Shown here piece after piece: positions 39,050 through 50,808 of a stretch of DNA of 64,000 nucleotides. The first letter of the stretch is position 1. The number at the start of each line of letters is the position of its first letter. Location of the stretch: assembly GCA_013265495.1 (NCBI GenBank), contig MU058718.1:1364001-1428000 (forward strand), given 5' to 3'. Made by a program: the position numbers and the translations under genes. A model generated the notes under the pieces. It did not search any database. It was not told the DNA's origin and was given only the letters and a program-made list of their open reading frames with translations. Origin of the DNA: Vicugna vicugna. Its lineage: Eukaryota.

Positions 39050-39545
39050 AAAGAAGTGAAAACAGGTATCCACACAAAAACTTGTATATGAATGTTCATA
39101 GCAACATTACTCAAAATAGCCAGAGAGTAAAAGCAACATAATGCCGATCAACTGATGAATGGATAAACAGATGTGGTGTGTCCATATAATGGAGCATTAT
39201 TCAGCCATAAAAGGGAATGGACTGCTGATTCATGCTGCAACATGAATGAACTTTGAAAATGTTATGCTAAGTGAAAGATGCTAGCCACAAAAGGCCGTAT
39301 ATTGTATAACTCCATTTATATGAAATGTCCAGAATAGACAGGCCTATAGGTAAAGGAAATAGATTAATGGTTGCCAGGAGCTGGGGTTGATGTACGGAGT
39401 GACTGCTAATGGTTACAAAGCTTCTTTTGGAGTGGTGAAAATGCTCCAAAATTGACTGTGTTAATGGTTACACAACTCTGTGAATATACTAAAAACCACT
39501 GAATTTTATAATTTTACTTGGTAAATTGTATGGTATATGCAAAAA
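39050..39545 (+). mobile_element. Old L1MB-type 3' end
   Basis: cacacaaaaacttgtatatgaatgttcatagca...atgaatggataaac...ccatttatatgaaatgtccagaatag...actctgtgaatatactaaaaaccactgaa. Confidence 0.9.
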
Positions 39546-39739
39546 AGAGATAACAAAACCAAACAAATTAGAAATATCCCATATGCCCAAGAATGAATGA
39601 TGGCAAGGAATGGAATTTGGGAATCTTAAATTTAGGAAAGACTTTAGAGCAATCTACTTTGACCTCCCATACATCTGAATGCTGCTGAAGAAGATTACAG
39701 GCTTGTATTGACTGATGCTCCAAGTTTCGCTCTTGTTTT

Positions 39740-40480
39740 GAGTCCTTAAATTGATCATCTATCAATTATTCTACCTTCCTTTCACACTATCCACAATTAT
39801 GCTAACCCTTTGTGTCAGTCTCCACAAAATACCCACATGACCTTCATCCGCCCACTCTGAGCCATTCATCTCTTACTTCACTGAAGGATGTGTTGTCAAC
39901 AGCCATATTTATCATACTGACTAGTCCTTACTCTCTCCCTTTCCCCACGCATTTCCTCTCATCTCTGTGAGAGCATCCCTTCTGTTCAAGATCAAAGGCC
40001 GCTCTCTTGGGCTCCTACCTCCTCCAGTCTCCTGCCACTCCCCATCTCCTCACATCCCTGCCACCTTATGTTCTAGACCTTTTAAACCATTTGGTGTTCT
40101 GATGAGCCATGCTGTTCCTACCCCCATGCCTTTGGCATATACAGCCACCTCCTCTTTATCCTGAATGTCCTCATTATGAACCACCACATACTGAACAGCA
40201 AGGGCCGCAAAAAAAACCCTCTGCTTACTCCTCAAATGTGCTCAGGCATCACTCTCTCCCTACAATTTCTAGTTCCATTTTTAGTCTCTTTCCACCTGTA
40301 CCACAGCGTCAGTTTTTCTCTCTCTCCTAGTTAGAATCTGGCACACGTTCCTTTGATGGCACGTGTTACACCAAATTGTCATTATTGGTTTGTTTTCTTG
40401 GCGGACTTCTTAAACTGAGCTCTTTGAGGGAGGAAGCGGTTCTCCTTCCTCTCTGTGCCTCTCAGCGTCTTCATGAAACC
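39740..40480 (+). mobile_element. L2 fragment
   Basis: Pyrimidine-rich L2-like text ending in aaactgagctctttgagggagg...ctctgtgcct. Boundaries approximate. Confidence 0.5.
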
Positions 40481-40529
40481 TGCTTGTCGAAACAGTCACA
40501 GGAATCTTCATTACCTCACCTAATTGATG

Positions 40530-41060
40530 GTTATTTAGTCCTAAGCTGAATGTTTTCAGTTACAGGACACCCACTCCTTTGTGAGGCAGCCCATTCCATG
40601 TTTGGAACATTGTAGTCATTAGGAAAGTCTTCCTCATATTGAGCCCCAGTAGTCTTCCCTTTAATGTTCACTTATTGATTCTGGTTCTCCCTTAAGAACA
40701 TAGTTCAAGCTGTTTCCTCTTTGACACAGTAACTCTATTAAATGTTGCCAATCACTTTCAAATGCATTTCTTCTCTGGTCACACACAGAGTAAAGGCATT
40801 TGTCTACTTCAGGCGAAATATCCCCACTTCCTTAAGGGATTCTTCAGTTAATCTCCCGTGAATCTCCTATGTTCCTTCTGTGAGATACTTTGGTCAATTT
40901 CCTTATTGAAATGCCTTCCGGGACTGCTCGTGGTTCTTGGAAGTGGTCCGAGACAGAAGGCAGTGGGGCTATGAGTTGTTGAATCAGGACTTCGTTCCTG
41001 TTCACACATGCAGCCTAGGTCTTCTTGTGAACCATGTCACACTGTTGTAGTGAACTAAAA
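40530..41060 (-). mobile_element. L3/CR1 fragment
   Basis: aggcagcccattccatg...ttaggaaagtcttcctcatattgagcc motif characteristic of antisense CR1/L3. Confidence 0.6.
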
Positions 41061-41576
41061 CTTCCAGGCTTTTGTGGATGATTCGTGACATGATCCATTT
41101 ACCCTTACAGTGCCAACTTCACTGTTGAAGAATCCACCTGGAGTGTTTATGTGGCCAAGTGAGATGAGTGAAGATACCGTTAGAGCACTGGGTTCCTGAG
41201 TTAGAGGTTGGACAGGAACAACTCAGAGGAGAAGGCAGAAGTGGAGAAGGAGCATGGGGAGGGGGATGCCAGTGCTTCTGCAACCACTTTATCCATTCAC
41301 TAAAGCCTCATCCTGCAGTACATTTTTTCTGTAGGCAGGGATGATGGCCCTGTGACTCATCCCTGTGTCCCTGCTACTAGGACAGTGCCTGGCACATAAT
41401 GGGCATTTTGTAAGCATTTGTGTATGAGTGGATGAAATCCTGGACTGTCTCATGTACAGGTCATAGAAATACTGAAGCTTGGAAATACATTACTCACGAT
41501 GGGGAAAAAGAATCCATTTATAAGTATGCAGTGTGGTAGGTGTGTGTGCATTGAAAAGCAGAGGTGTTCAGTTACT

Positions 41577-41735
41577 GCAGTGATTTTCATATGATGCTCT
41601 GAGGACAGATCCTTAGGGATTGGGTCTCAGGCTCCCATCCTGCCATGGACCAAGAACAGTTCTACTTTTAGCTGTTTTGTATACTGGGTTTTCACACAAG
41701 TTTTCTTTCAAATACATGGCTTCTTGGCTAAAAAT
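41577..41735 (+). mobile_element. hAT-Charlie MER112-like fragment
   Basis: cagtgattttc...aacagttctacttttagctgttttgtatactggg...ttcttggctaaaaa. Confidence 0.5.
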
Positions 41736-43293
41736 CATGTTACTAAGTTTTGGTGTTAAATCAAGAAGAGATTAAGATTTAGGTTCAAATGACAGTGACA
41801 GATCACAGTGCCCATCTCCACCACATCTGACTGTACAGGTATCTGGCTCCTGCCAGTACACTTCTAGGTCTGCTGTCCTGGTCCCCCTGCCAAGGGAACC
41901 AGAGGTAAAGCATTTTTTTCATGAGCTTTACTGGGAGACTTCTGGGCAGACACTGGCTAGCTGAGATCCTCTTCTAGAAAGACAAGGCCTTACCTCCATA
42001 GAGAGTTCTCACTCCTCAGGCTCAGGTAATAGCTGCTGCCATGCAGATGTTCCCAGACTACTCCCCAGCCTTGCTCTGCTTTGCCTATATTACTGGTTTC
42101 CTTGCCTAAATCTCTTTCTCAAACTCACTTCCTCACTACCTGCGTCAAGAGTGGGAAATCATTTTAAGATGTTGAAATGATTGTAAACCTATCACCTTAA
42201 CCAGGTGAAAAAACATGGGGGTAAAGTAGAACACATTGATGCAATATGCTTCTACGAGACTTCGCACGTGAAGTGAGTGAATAAAAGCTCCCTCCCTCCC
42301 TCGTGGAGCAAAGGCGGCACAGGTGCAGCCCCCGCGAGCAGACCTGAAAGAGCGTGTGTTACACCAATGCCGTCTTCCGCCGTATCCCTTGGAGACAGTT
42401 TTGCTCTTTCTAACGTGGGTCCTCGTTGGAGAAGACAGAGAATGAGAACGGTAGGGCTCTCTTGGTATCTCAGTGGGTAAGTTAGCCTGAAGTCCAGCGC
42501 CTCTGTAAGGAGGAGGAAAAAAAATGCATCTTCCAGATGTACCAGAACCCCTTTATTTAGGGAAAGTCTTAAATTCCTGACTTTCAGGCCTCCCCAAAGG
42601 ATCACAGACTTGAAAGAAGACTTTTAAAGATACTAATTCCTTTTTGAGTTTTGCCCCACAGCAGCAAGTCTGTGACAGACACTGTTTTGCTCCAAGTCAC
42701 AGCTCCACCTACTCAAACGAAAATTCGCTTGAACACATCTCAGGCCCAAATGACCCACACATACAAAACATGAGCTGCAAATGGCACCAGGGTAAATACT
42801 GAATGTTTTCATAGTCTTTGTCCAATATAAACACTTGAAAAATCCCAGAGGTTTTAGTTTCCTGAAGTAAAGAAAAATCATATTTCCAGCTGTCATTGGA
42901 AAATATCACACAAAATCCCACATTTTTATCTTCCCCAATATTTCTACAATTACTAGATACTTAAAGGACTATTTTCATTTGTTTTTATGTTGGTGAGCTG
43001 TTCATACAGAAAGCAATTACGTCAGGAGTCCTAAGGTATTAACACAGATCACATAAAGCTGCAGAGGAGGCTTCCTTACTTTACTCTCCTGGTTTTCGGG
43101 TGAAGTAAGAGTCTGATATAATTGCCCATGTGGTCAGTAAACGTGCCAAAGCCCAATCTTTTGTCTTCACTACTGAAAATGTTTCCTAAACACATGCTGA
43201 TCAGCATATGCTGACTTTCAGAAATATTAACTGCAAAATTGGCAGCAGACTTCAGCATTTGCAAAAATCCATATGTTCATTAAATTATTCTAT

Positions 43294-43319
43294 TTGTGTG
43301 TGTGTGTGTGTGTGTGTGT
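43294..43319. repeat. (TG)n microsatellite
   Basis: About 13 TG units seen directly. Confidence 0.95.
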
Positions 43320-43806
43320 ATCTGTATTTGAAAACAATTTCTGTATCTTTTCTTCTCAAGACCTTTGGGCTCCTTTAGAATTTTAATTGAAGGAAAGTAA
43401 ACCAATGTCTTTGCTGAAATTCATGTTCGTAAGTCCAGATTTTAGAACATTTCCTGAGGTTTTCAAGAGCGATACTTGTTGAGATTTAAAATATTCTCAT
43501 AGTTCAGCAGTTTTGCCCAATTTGGAAAACACACAAACACTTTAATACATTGTTGTCTTTTAATGGCTAGAACAGCATGTATATTTTAGTAGCTATAATC
43601 CAGACAGTCTTTCAGGACTTGGCACTAGGAAGTCATAGAACTGGATGAGACCTGGAGAGGTGATCTAGTCCCAGTGTTCACCTTCAGGTCCTTCAGAATG
43701 ACCTCAAGGAAATAAAAAAGCACTCTATTTTTAAAGCTCTCCTCTGGAGGTATTTCTCATTGACAACAATTTGTTTTACATTTAGTAACCCTTATTGCCA
43801 GAGAAT

Positions 43807-43932
43807 GATAGCTAGCTAGGGAGATAGATACATAGGTAGGTAGGTAGGTAGGTAGGAAGGTAGGTAGGTAGAAAGATAGATAGATAGATAGGGATTAGAT
43901 TAGTAGGTAGGGAGAGAGAGAGGGAGATAGAA
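43807..43932. repeat. Compound (TAGG)n/(TAGA)n/(GA)n microsatellite
   Basis: taggtaggtagg...gatagatagata...gagagagag. Confidence 0.95.
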
Positions 43933-46159
43933 AGGGTTTTTTTCTTCTTCCAGATTTCTTCACACAGGTTAGGAGTTAAGTGGCTGCCGCCAGCCTCATT
44001 AGAGATATGAGTCACAGCTGGGAGTGAGAACACAGAGCCACAGCCTTCATTCCTGAGCCATTTCCTCAACTCTACATTCTTTAATTCATCAAAAAGGAAA
44101 AAGCAAAAACAACCACATTTGTGTGACCAAACAGCGGCAATCAGCATGTGCACGAGCCAGTGGCTACTGCAGGAAGCCTTCAGTCACCTACAGAGCAGCG
44201 TCTGTCTGTGCTGTGCAGATAACAAGCTTTCATCCCCCTCATGTCTTAATTTCACCAAAGGAAAATGATGGGCAATTAGCGAGAAAAAGGATACACTCTA
44301 CATTGCTTTAACTCCAAATGTGAACAAGTGAAACTCAGCTACTACCAAAAAGCAAATTCCTTGTTGATTTGCAACAAGCAGTTCACATGAAGCTGGCTGG
44401 CTCTGTCGCTATTGTTCTCCTATCGGTACCGCTGGACAGCTTTAATTAATACCAGAAACAGCACAGGAAACATCCTTTAATTATTCCTCTTTGGTTTAGA
44501 GAAAATATAGCTTACTAAAAACAAAGTAAACTGCAAGCCTTTGAACTCGAGCATTATCTTTGTCCTTTGGCTTGCTCGGGTTCTGTGTTATCAGACATGA
44601 TAATTTGTTTTCAGTGATACCCTTGATGAAATTAATTGAGTTTCAGACTAGCATACATTTCCTTTTGCTGATACTTTCACTCTTGGCAAGGTCTTATCTG
44701 GGCAGTTAGTCCTGTTCTCGTCTGGTTCTGTCTGCTGAGATTCAATAGCTGCAGGGTTGTTGTTGTTTTAAACAAAGATATTTACTTTCGTTATTAATGT
44801 AATATTCAGTTCACTTCCCCTTTTTATCTTCCCATAATGCATGGACCAACTCCCTTTTTTTGATGGAGATGACAGTTTTGGACTTCATTGCTGTTCCCTT
44901 AGAAACACCCTACCAGACCTTTCCAAATATATCATCATCAGAAGAGGGAAAGCCATTTTAGACACTCCTATCTGTACACTTGGCTTGAATTCAATTGATA
45001 GCTAACTTCTAGGTCCTAAACATTTACTTTTTTCCAACTGCATTAATTTCTTTTTTTCAAACATCAAAGTAATAATGCTTATTGGAAAATAACTTGAAAA
45101 TAAGGTCTTCCCCATCTATGCCCTGATATCCCCAGTTTCAGATAATGCTGTGCATTGAATATCTTCTGTACAGCTTTTGCACATAAAAGCATATTACCAT
45201 ATATAAAACAGATTAGATAGATGATCGGCTTTATCCTAATTCATCATACTGTATTTATTGTTCTGCAATTAGCTTTTTTCATATATCAATTTGTCTTGGA
45301 TATCTTCCCAAATGTGTGTTTTATTTAATTAGTGCCTTATTGGTAGAGATTAAGTTCTTCCCAGTATTTTTGCTGTTACAAAACAGTGTGAGTTTGTTTG
45401 GAGTGAGAAGTAGGATGTTAATCCAACTTTAATATCTCAAAATAGTATATTTATTGAATAATCCATATTTCCATTTTCAACCCCATGATGATTTGAAAAG
45501 GAATCTCTAAAATTTAATAAATTATACATACATTTCTTCAAAGAAGTTATCGTTTGAACCACCAACTGTTGTTTACTGTTAAGTTGTGGTGGTCCCGTGG
45601 CTTATACATGAGCTACTGTAATGACTATAATAACTGCTGTGGGAATCTGTTATTTTTAGTGCCCAGCACCTTGGAACAATATTTTGACAGTTTGCTATTT
45701 CCCACATTGTGAATCCTGCTTGCCCAAGGCAGATCTCTTATAATTTCCAGACTCCTTTTTAGATGGGAGTAGACACAAAACCTAGATTGCATCAATCGCA
45801 TTTGCAACACAAGAGTTGAAGGTAGAAGGGAGCAACGAGAGTCAGAAGCCCCACAACCAGGAGTTTGAACACTAGGCACATTTGTTGGCAGTAGCACCTG
45901 GAATTTCCCCAGGGGAATGTGGTGAGCCTCAGGCAGCAGGAGCAGTGGTCCTGACTCTGTCCTCTGCAACTACATTGTTCCCGTGTCTCTGACCCTCCTG
46001 GAGTTTCTGTGAGTTGCCTGAGAGTTCTGCAAATCTCTCTGGCTTCAGTTGCTGTTCTGAATAAACTGGTAAATATTAGGGGAAATGATTGCATAGGAAA
46101 CACTCAAGAAAATGAAAATCTGGGATTAGTTACCTAAACTTGTTAAATATGTATCATGT

Positions 46160-46222
46160 ATAGACTTATATCATATATACATTATTATCATACATGTACA
46201 TCATATATCATATATATAATTT

Positions 46223-46262
<40 letters not shown>

Positions 46263-46264
46263 TA
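46160..46264. repeat. (TA/CA)-rich low complexity plus (CA)n microsatellite
   Basis: About 16 CA units at 46226-46258. Confidence 0.95.
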
Positions 46265-46269
46265 CGGGA

Positions 46270-47180
46270 ATGCCCAGATTCCTATGTGACAGTTATCCAG
46301 GTCAAGGAGTAGAACTTTACAAGTACCCAGAAGCACCCATCTCTGTGCTTGTATCTCTTCCCCAAAGATGGTCCATCTCCTGACCTCCAGTAACAAAGAT
46401 AGGTTAGCCTTTTTAAGCTTTATATAAATGAACTCATATGCTATGCATTCTATCATGATTAGCTTCTTTTTCTTACCTTATATTAATGAGATTCATCATG
46501 TTGTATTAGGTCACATTCATGGTCATTGCTATATGGTATTCCTTTGTGTGAATACACAAATACATCACAATTTTTTTCTGTCCAGTATACCATTGATGGA
46601 TGCTTGTGTTGTTTTCAATGTTTGACTGTTATGAATAATGCTGCTATGAGCATTTTTGTACATGTCTTTTGTACTTACTTCTTTTGAATATATATATATA
46701 TATAAAGAAGTGGTTGCTAGGGCATAGAGTATGTTTGCATCAGCATTATGAGATAAGACTTAAAAGTTTTCCAAAGTGGGCATACCAATTTATATTTTTA
46801 CCAGAAGTGTATAAAGTTCTAGTAGTGCCATGTTTTTTTCTGACATTTACCGAGCACCAGTCTTTTAAAGTTGTCAGTCTTTATATTTTAATCATTCTGA
46901 TGGGTGTGCAGTAAAAACTCATTGTGGTTTTAATTTGTATTTCTCCATTGTCTAATGAGGTTGAGCATCTTACACTGACTGGATATTTGTATATCCTCTT
47001 TTCTGAAATATCCAAGTTTCTTGCCCATTTTATTCTCTCTTTGTCTTTCTTTTTCTTACTGATTAGTGGGATGCAAAACTTTTGTTGTTATATTTGATGC
47101 AAATTTCTTTTACTACTCTGGATTGCATCGGTACTTTTTGATGAACAGGATTTCTTAATTTTAATGTAATCCAATTTGCA
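46270..47180 (-). mobile_element. Old L1ME-type 3' region
   Basis: atgaataatgctgctatgagcatt...ttttccaaagtgg...cattctgatgggtgtgcagt...ctcattgtggttttaatttg. Confidence 0.85.
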
Positions 47181-47219
47181 GTTGTATTTTAAGGAAGTGA
47201 GGATTTGATTGATAAGACA

Positions 47220-47835
47220 AGGTGGGACACTGGTGGTCTAGGGCAAGCAGGGTCCATGATGTTGAAAATTTTGAAGGCCATGTGGAATACAAGGTCTGTA
47301 GGGTGGAATGGCTCCTTTCTAATCAGAAAGAAATAGCTCAAGATTTTAAATCTTTGACTAAAATCTCTGTCAAAAAGTCAGAAGCTTTCTGTACTGCCCT
47401 AAGAGAGTCTGTTTTCACTTGTATTCACAGGGCTGGTCTAGCCATAAATTGGGCATCATCTGATCCTGTGAGTTATACTGAAGATTGAATTCAAAGAATT
47501 CATATGAGTTCAGAACCAGAAAAAGTTATGGAATTGATTGGGAAGGAATTAGGCCCTGAGAGTTGAAATTGGGATGTTTGAGAGGATTTAAATGATTTAA
47601 TTAAGTCACCCAAACCCTTAAACACGTAAGTCCCGCTGAGACTGTCTTGCTAGCAAAAGCAGCCCCAGATATTATGTCCTTTGCTTAAAAGCCTATAACA
47701 AACTCACCTAAGGTAGTTACTTTGCAAAGGGAGGCAGGCCAGTTTTCCTCATGGCTCACTTCTACTTTCATTGCATCAGACCTACATCTAGACTCGGATA
47801 TGCAACAAACCCAGGAGAAGAAAGATTATGCACGA
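47220..47835 (+). mobile_element. ERVL internal (gag-like) remnant
   Basis: aatacaaggtctgtagggtggaatggctcc...gattgggaaggaattaggccctgagagttgaaattggga resembles ERVL gag; heavily decayed. Confidence 0.6.
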
Positions 47836-47869
47836 AAATAATTTCATGTGTTCTTCTAAAATGAGACTT

Positions 47870-48405
47870 ACCTTGTTAATCCATAGGGCATGGCTTCTTT
47901 CAACCTGGAGCCTCAGCTTGAAATCCTTTCAGAGTTTTCCACTGTATTAAGAATAAAGACTCAGAGCCTTGGCAGCCCTATGAAGAAGCCTTGTGTGGTC
48001 CAGCCTCTGCCAATATCCGCAGGCTCAATTTGTACCACTCCTGTCATTGGTCTATTACCTCTAGCTACACTGTCCTTCACACATACCCTTTCCCCCAGCT
48101 CCCCTGGAGCCCCTCGTACCACCTGGCAAATTGTGCTCTTCTTTCAAATGTCGGTGTCAGGTTCCTTAGAGATATGTTCTCAATGAACCAAGTACCTTTC
48201 CTTCACAGCATTTATTTTGGTATGCAGTTAAACTCTGGCTTTTTGGGGGGTGATTATTTGATTAATGTTTTTCACAAGAGATTTTAAGTTTTATTGGAGA
48301 GCAGAGACGTTTGTTGTTGCTCATCATCGTATCTTCAGCACTTAGCATGCTGCCTAGGGACAGGGTGGACACTCAAAGAGATGTTTATTGCTTGAATGAA
48401 TAAAG
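47870..48405 (+). mobile_element. L2 3' end
   Basis: agaataaagactc...agcacttagcatgctgcct...actcaaagagatgtttattgcttgaatgaataaa (L2 tail). Confidence 0.7.
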
Positions 48406-50559
48406 GAACAAATCTCTGCTTATCCTTGAGGATGAAAATAATGACTACTTCACAGGCCCTTTGCCAGGTCTGAGGGTACTGACAGCACATTGAAAAGTGG
48501 GCAAAGAAAGAGGAACCCGTGAAGAAGACTATAGGGTCATCAGAGGAAGAACAAGAGAAAGAAAAAAAAAAGGAGTGATGGAAGCCTGTAAGAGAATGTG
48601 TCAAGAAGTATAGTGGAGGCAATAGTGTAAAAAAAAATATAAGTAACCCAAGTGTTACTTGGAAGGTGGTCAGTGGACTTGTAGGGGAGGTACAGAGAGA
48701 AGGTGTATGCTTTCATAGAAATGTATAGCCTTGGTGTTAGGATCTCTATGCTGAATATTTATTTGGATTTGGATAAAAAGGAAAAGTCACACAAATGATA
48801 GCATTGTGAAAGCACACAAAGCTACCCAAAAAGGTGGACAGTATTGACTATGTTTTTACACTAACTTCAAAACTGTCAGAGTTAGAATAGAGCAGAGAGG
48901 AGGACTTCTGCAGCCAGACACCTACTCTCCGTCCTGTTTAGCTGCAGGTAGAGCAAGAACATTCTTGATGCATCTTGTAAACAGTTTTATTTTTAGAAAG
49001 TAGAGTATAGAATGAGTGGAATTATCATGCAATTTCGGACTATGTCAGAATTTTTCAGTATGAAATTATAAGTGGATCCAGTTTGAAGGGAAAAGTAAAG
49101 TACTGATTCTGACTCTGTTGCCCAAAGGGATCCTATAATTAGTTCCAATTTTGAAAGAACAAGTTTTAATAATATTTTAAAAGGCTTATGCTTTATAATA
49201 AAAGTCACATAATTATCTTATTTTATCCCCATCGTAATTCCATGACATAGAAATTAGCTCCCCCATTTAAAAGGAAATTCAAAATCAGGGTGATGAAGTA
49301 AGTTGATCACAGAGCTTTCAGGGGTGGCATTTCTAAGAAGCAGCAGATGGAAGAGTACACGTGGGAATAATCTACACGAGTGAGAGATGTGTACTCAAGG
49401 TCAAGAGATTACAATGAATAGTTTCACTAACAATAATCAAATATTAATGCTCATTTTATAGCTTCTTCAAGGACAGTTGTTAAGTCGTTTCCTGATAAAC
49501 CATGAGATCCAAATATAATTATTCAGCACTGAAATTTTCAGCATCTTTTGTGTTAGTTGCTAATCTTTTGCATGTCTTCAATGAACTGATGCTGACACTA
49601 GTTGAATACAATAAAAACCACAAGTTTAGTATTGTCAGTAGATTCACCCATTTGTAAGGCAAAGTATAATTCTGCAGACAATATATTAACCTAGTCTCCA
49701 TGTTTACAATGAAATCATTAATATCACGTGCTGTCAGATTATTGGAAAATGGCAGTGCAGTGCTTCCTTTTCCTAACTTTTCATGCAGCAGACAGTCAAC
49801 AAGGTGAACTCTACAAAGCTTTGTTAGTGTCTCAGCTATTGCACACACTCTTTCGGCTAATGCAACATAATAACTTAGTCTTTATAATTTTAGTGACTTT
49901 TTCATTTCTAGTTGGAAAGCTGTAGCAATTATTTTTTGACTTTTAATGAGGCTATCATGTCTTTTTAAACTATCAAGTCCCCCTCCCCCCTTTTTTGAAC
50001 TCATAATGATGCTGCAACTTAACTGGCACCATAATACTATTCGAAAACATTCTGTTGCTGGAGACAAAATAAAGCAAATTATTAATGTCTATAAAGACAG
50101 CTTTCATCATATTTCACAGTTGCACTCGGAGTAGATTCCTCCCTTCTGTGAATCAAGAGAGCTTTATGTGTCAATTTCATCTTTTTCAATATCTTGAGAA
50201 TACATGGCAAAACCATCAGTTGAGAAAGTGAGTCTTTAATTTCCCTTATTTAATTAAATAATCTATCACTAAATATAAATTTATTTATAAAATGATACCT
50301 TTCATTTAAAAATAAAATACTAAACAATTGTAAAATAACAGTTACATATCAGATTTCTAAATTTAGAAAAGTTTCACAAGCAATTCAAAAGTATTACTAC
50401 CAACCAAAATAACTAAATTTACTTACTCTTGATGTATTTCCACATATGAGGAAAACTTGAGGATTTCAAAACAGTGATCTACTGGATGATAGTGGAGTTA
50501 CAAAGTTTATAGCAGGTAAAACGAAAGAAACTAAGTTAACCTCTGAAAATGCACATATG

Positions 50560-50808
50560 AATACCTTGAACCCTTTACTTTAAGAAATTCTAGAAAACAC
50601 AAGAATATACACACATACATTCCACTGTTGTCAGAGTGATCACAGCATCATACCATGCGGACTCTGAAAAGCTCTCCTGTGAGCTCACAAGAAGATGAGA
50701 GTGGGGAAGAAAAAGCAGAAACATCTTAGTGGTTTTATGCAAACAGTTTTGATCTTGCTAAACTTTGGAAGGGTCTTGGAGGCCCAGACCATATTTTGAG
50801 AACTGCTT
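50560..50808 (+). mobile_element. hAT-Charlie MER119-like fragment
   Basis: agaagatgagagtg...catcttagtggttttatgcaaacagttttgatctt...gaagggtctt...ccagaccatattttgagaactgct. Confidence 0.55.
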
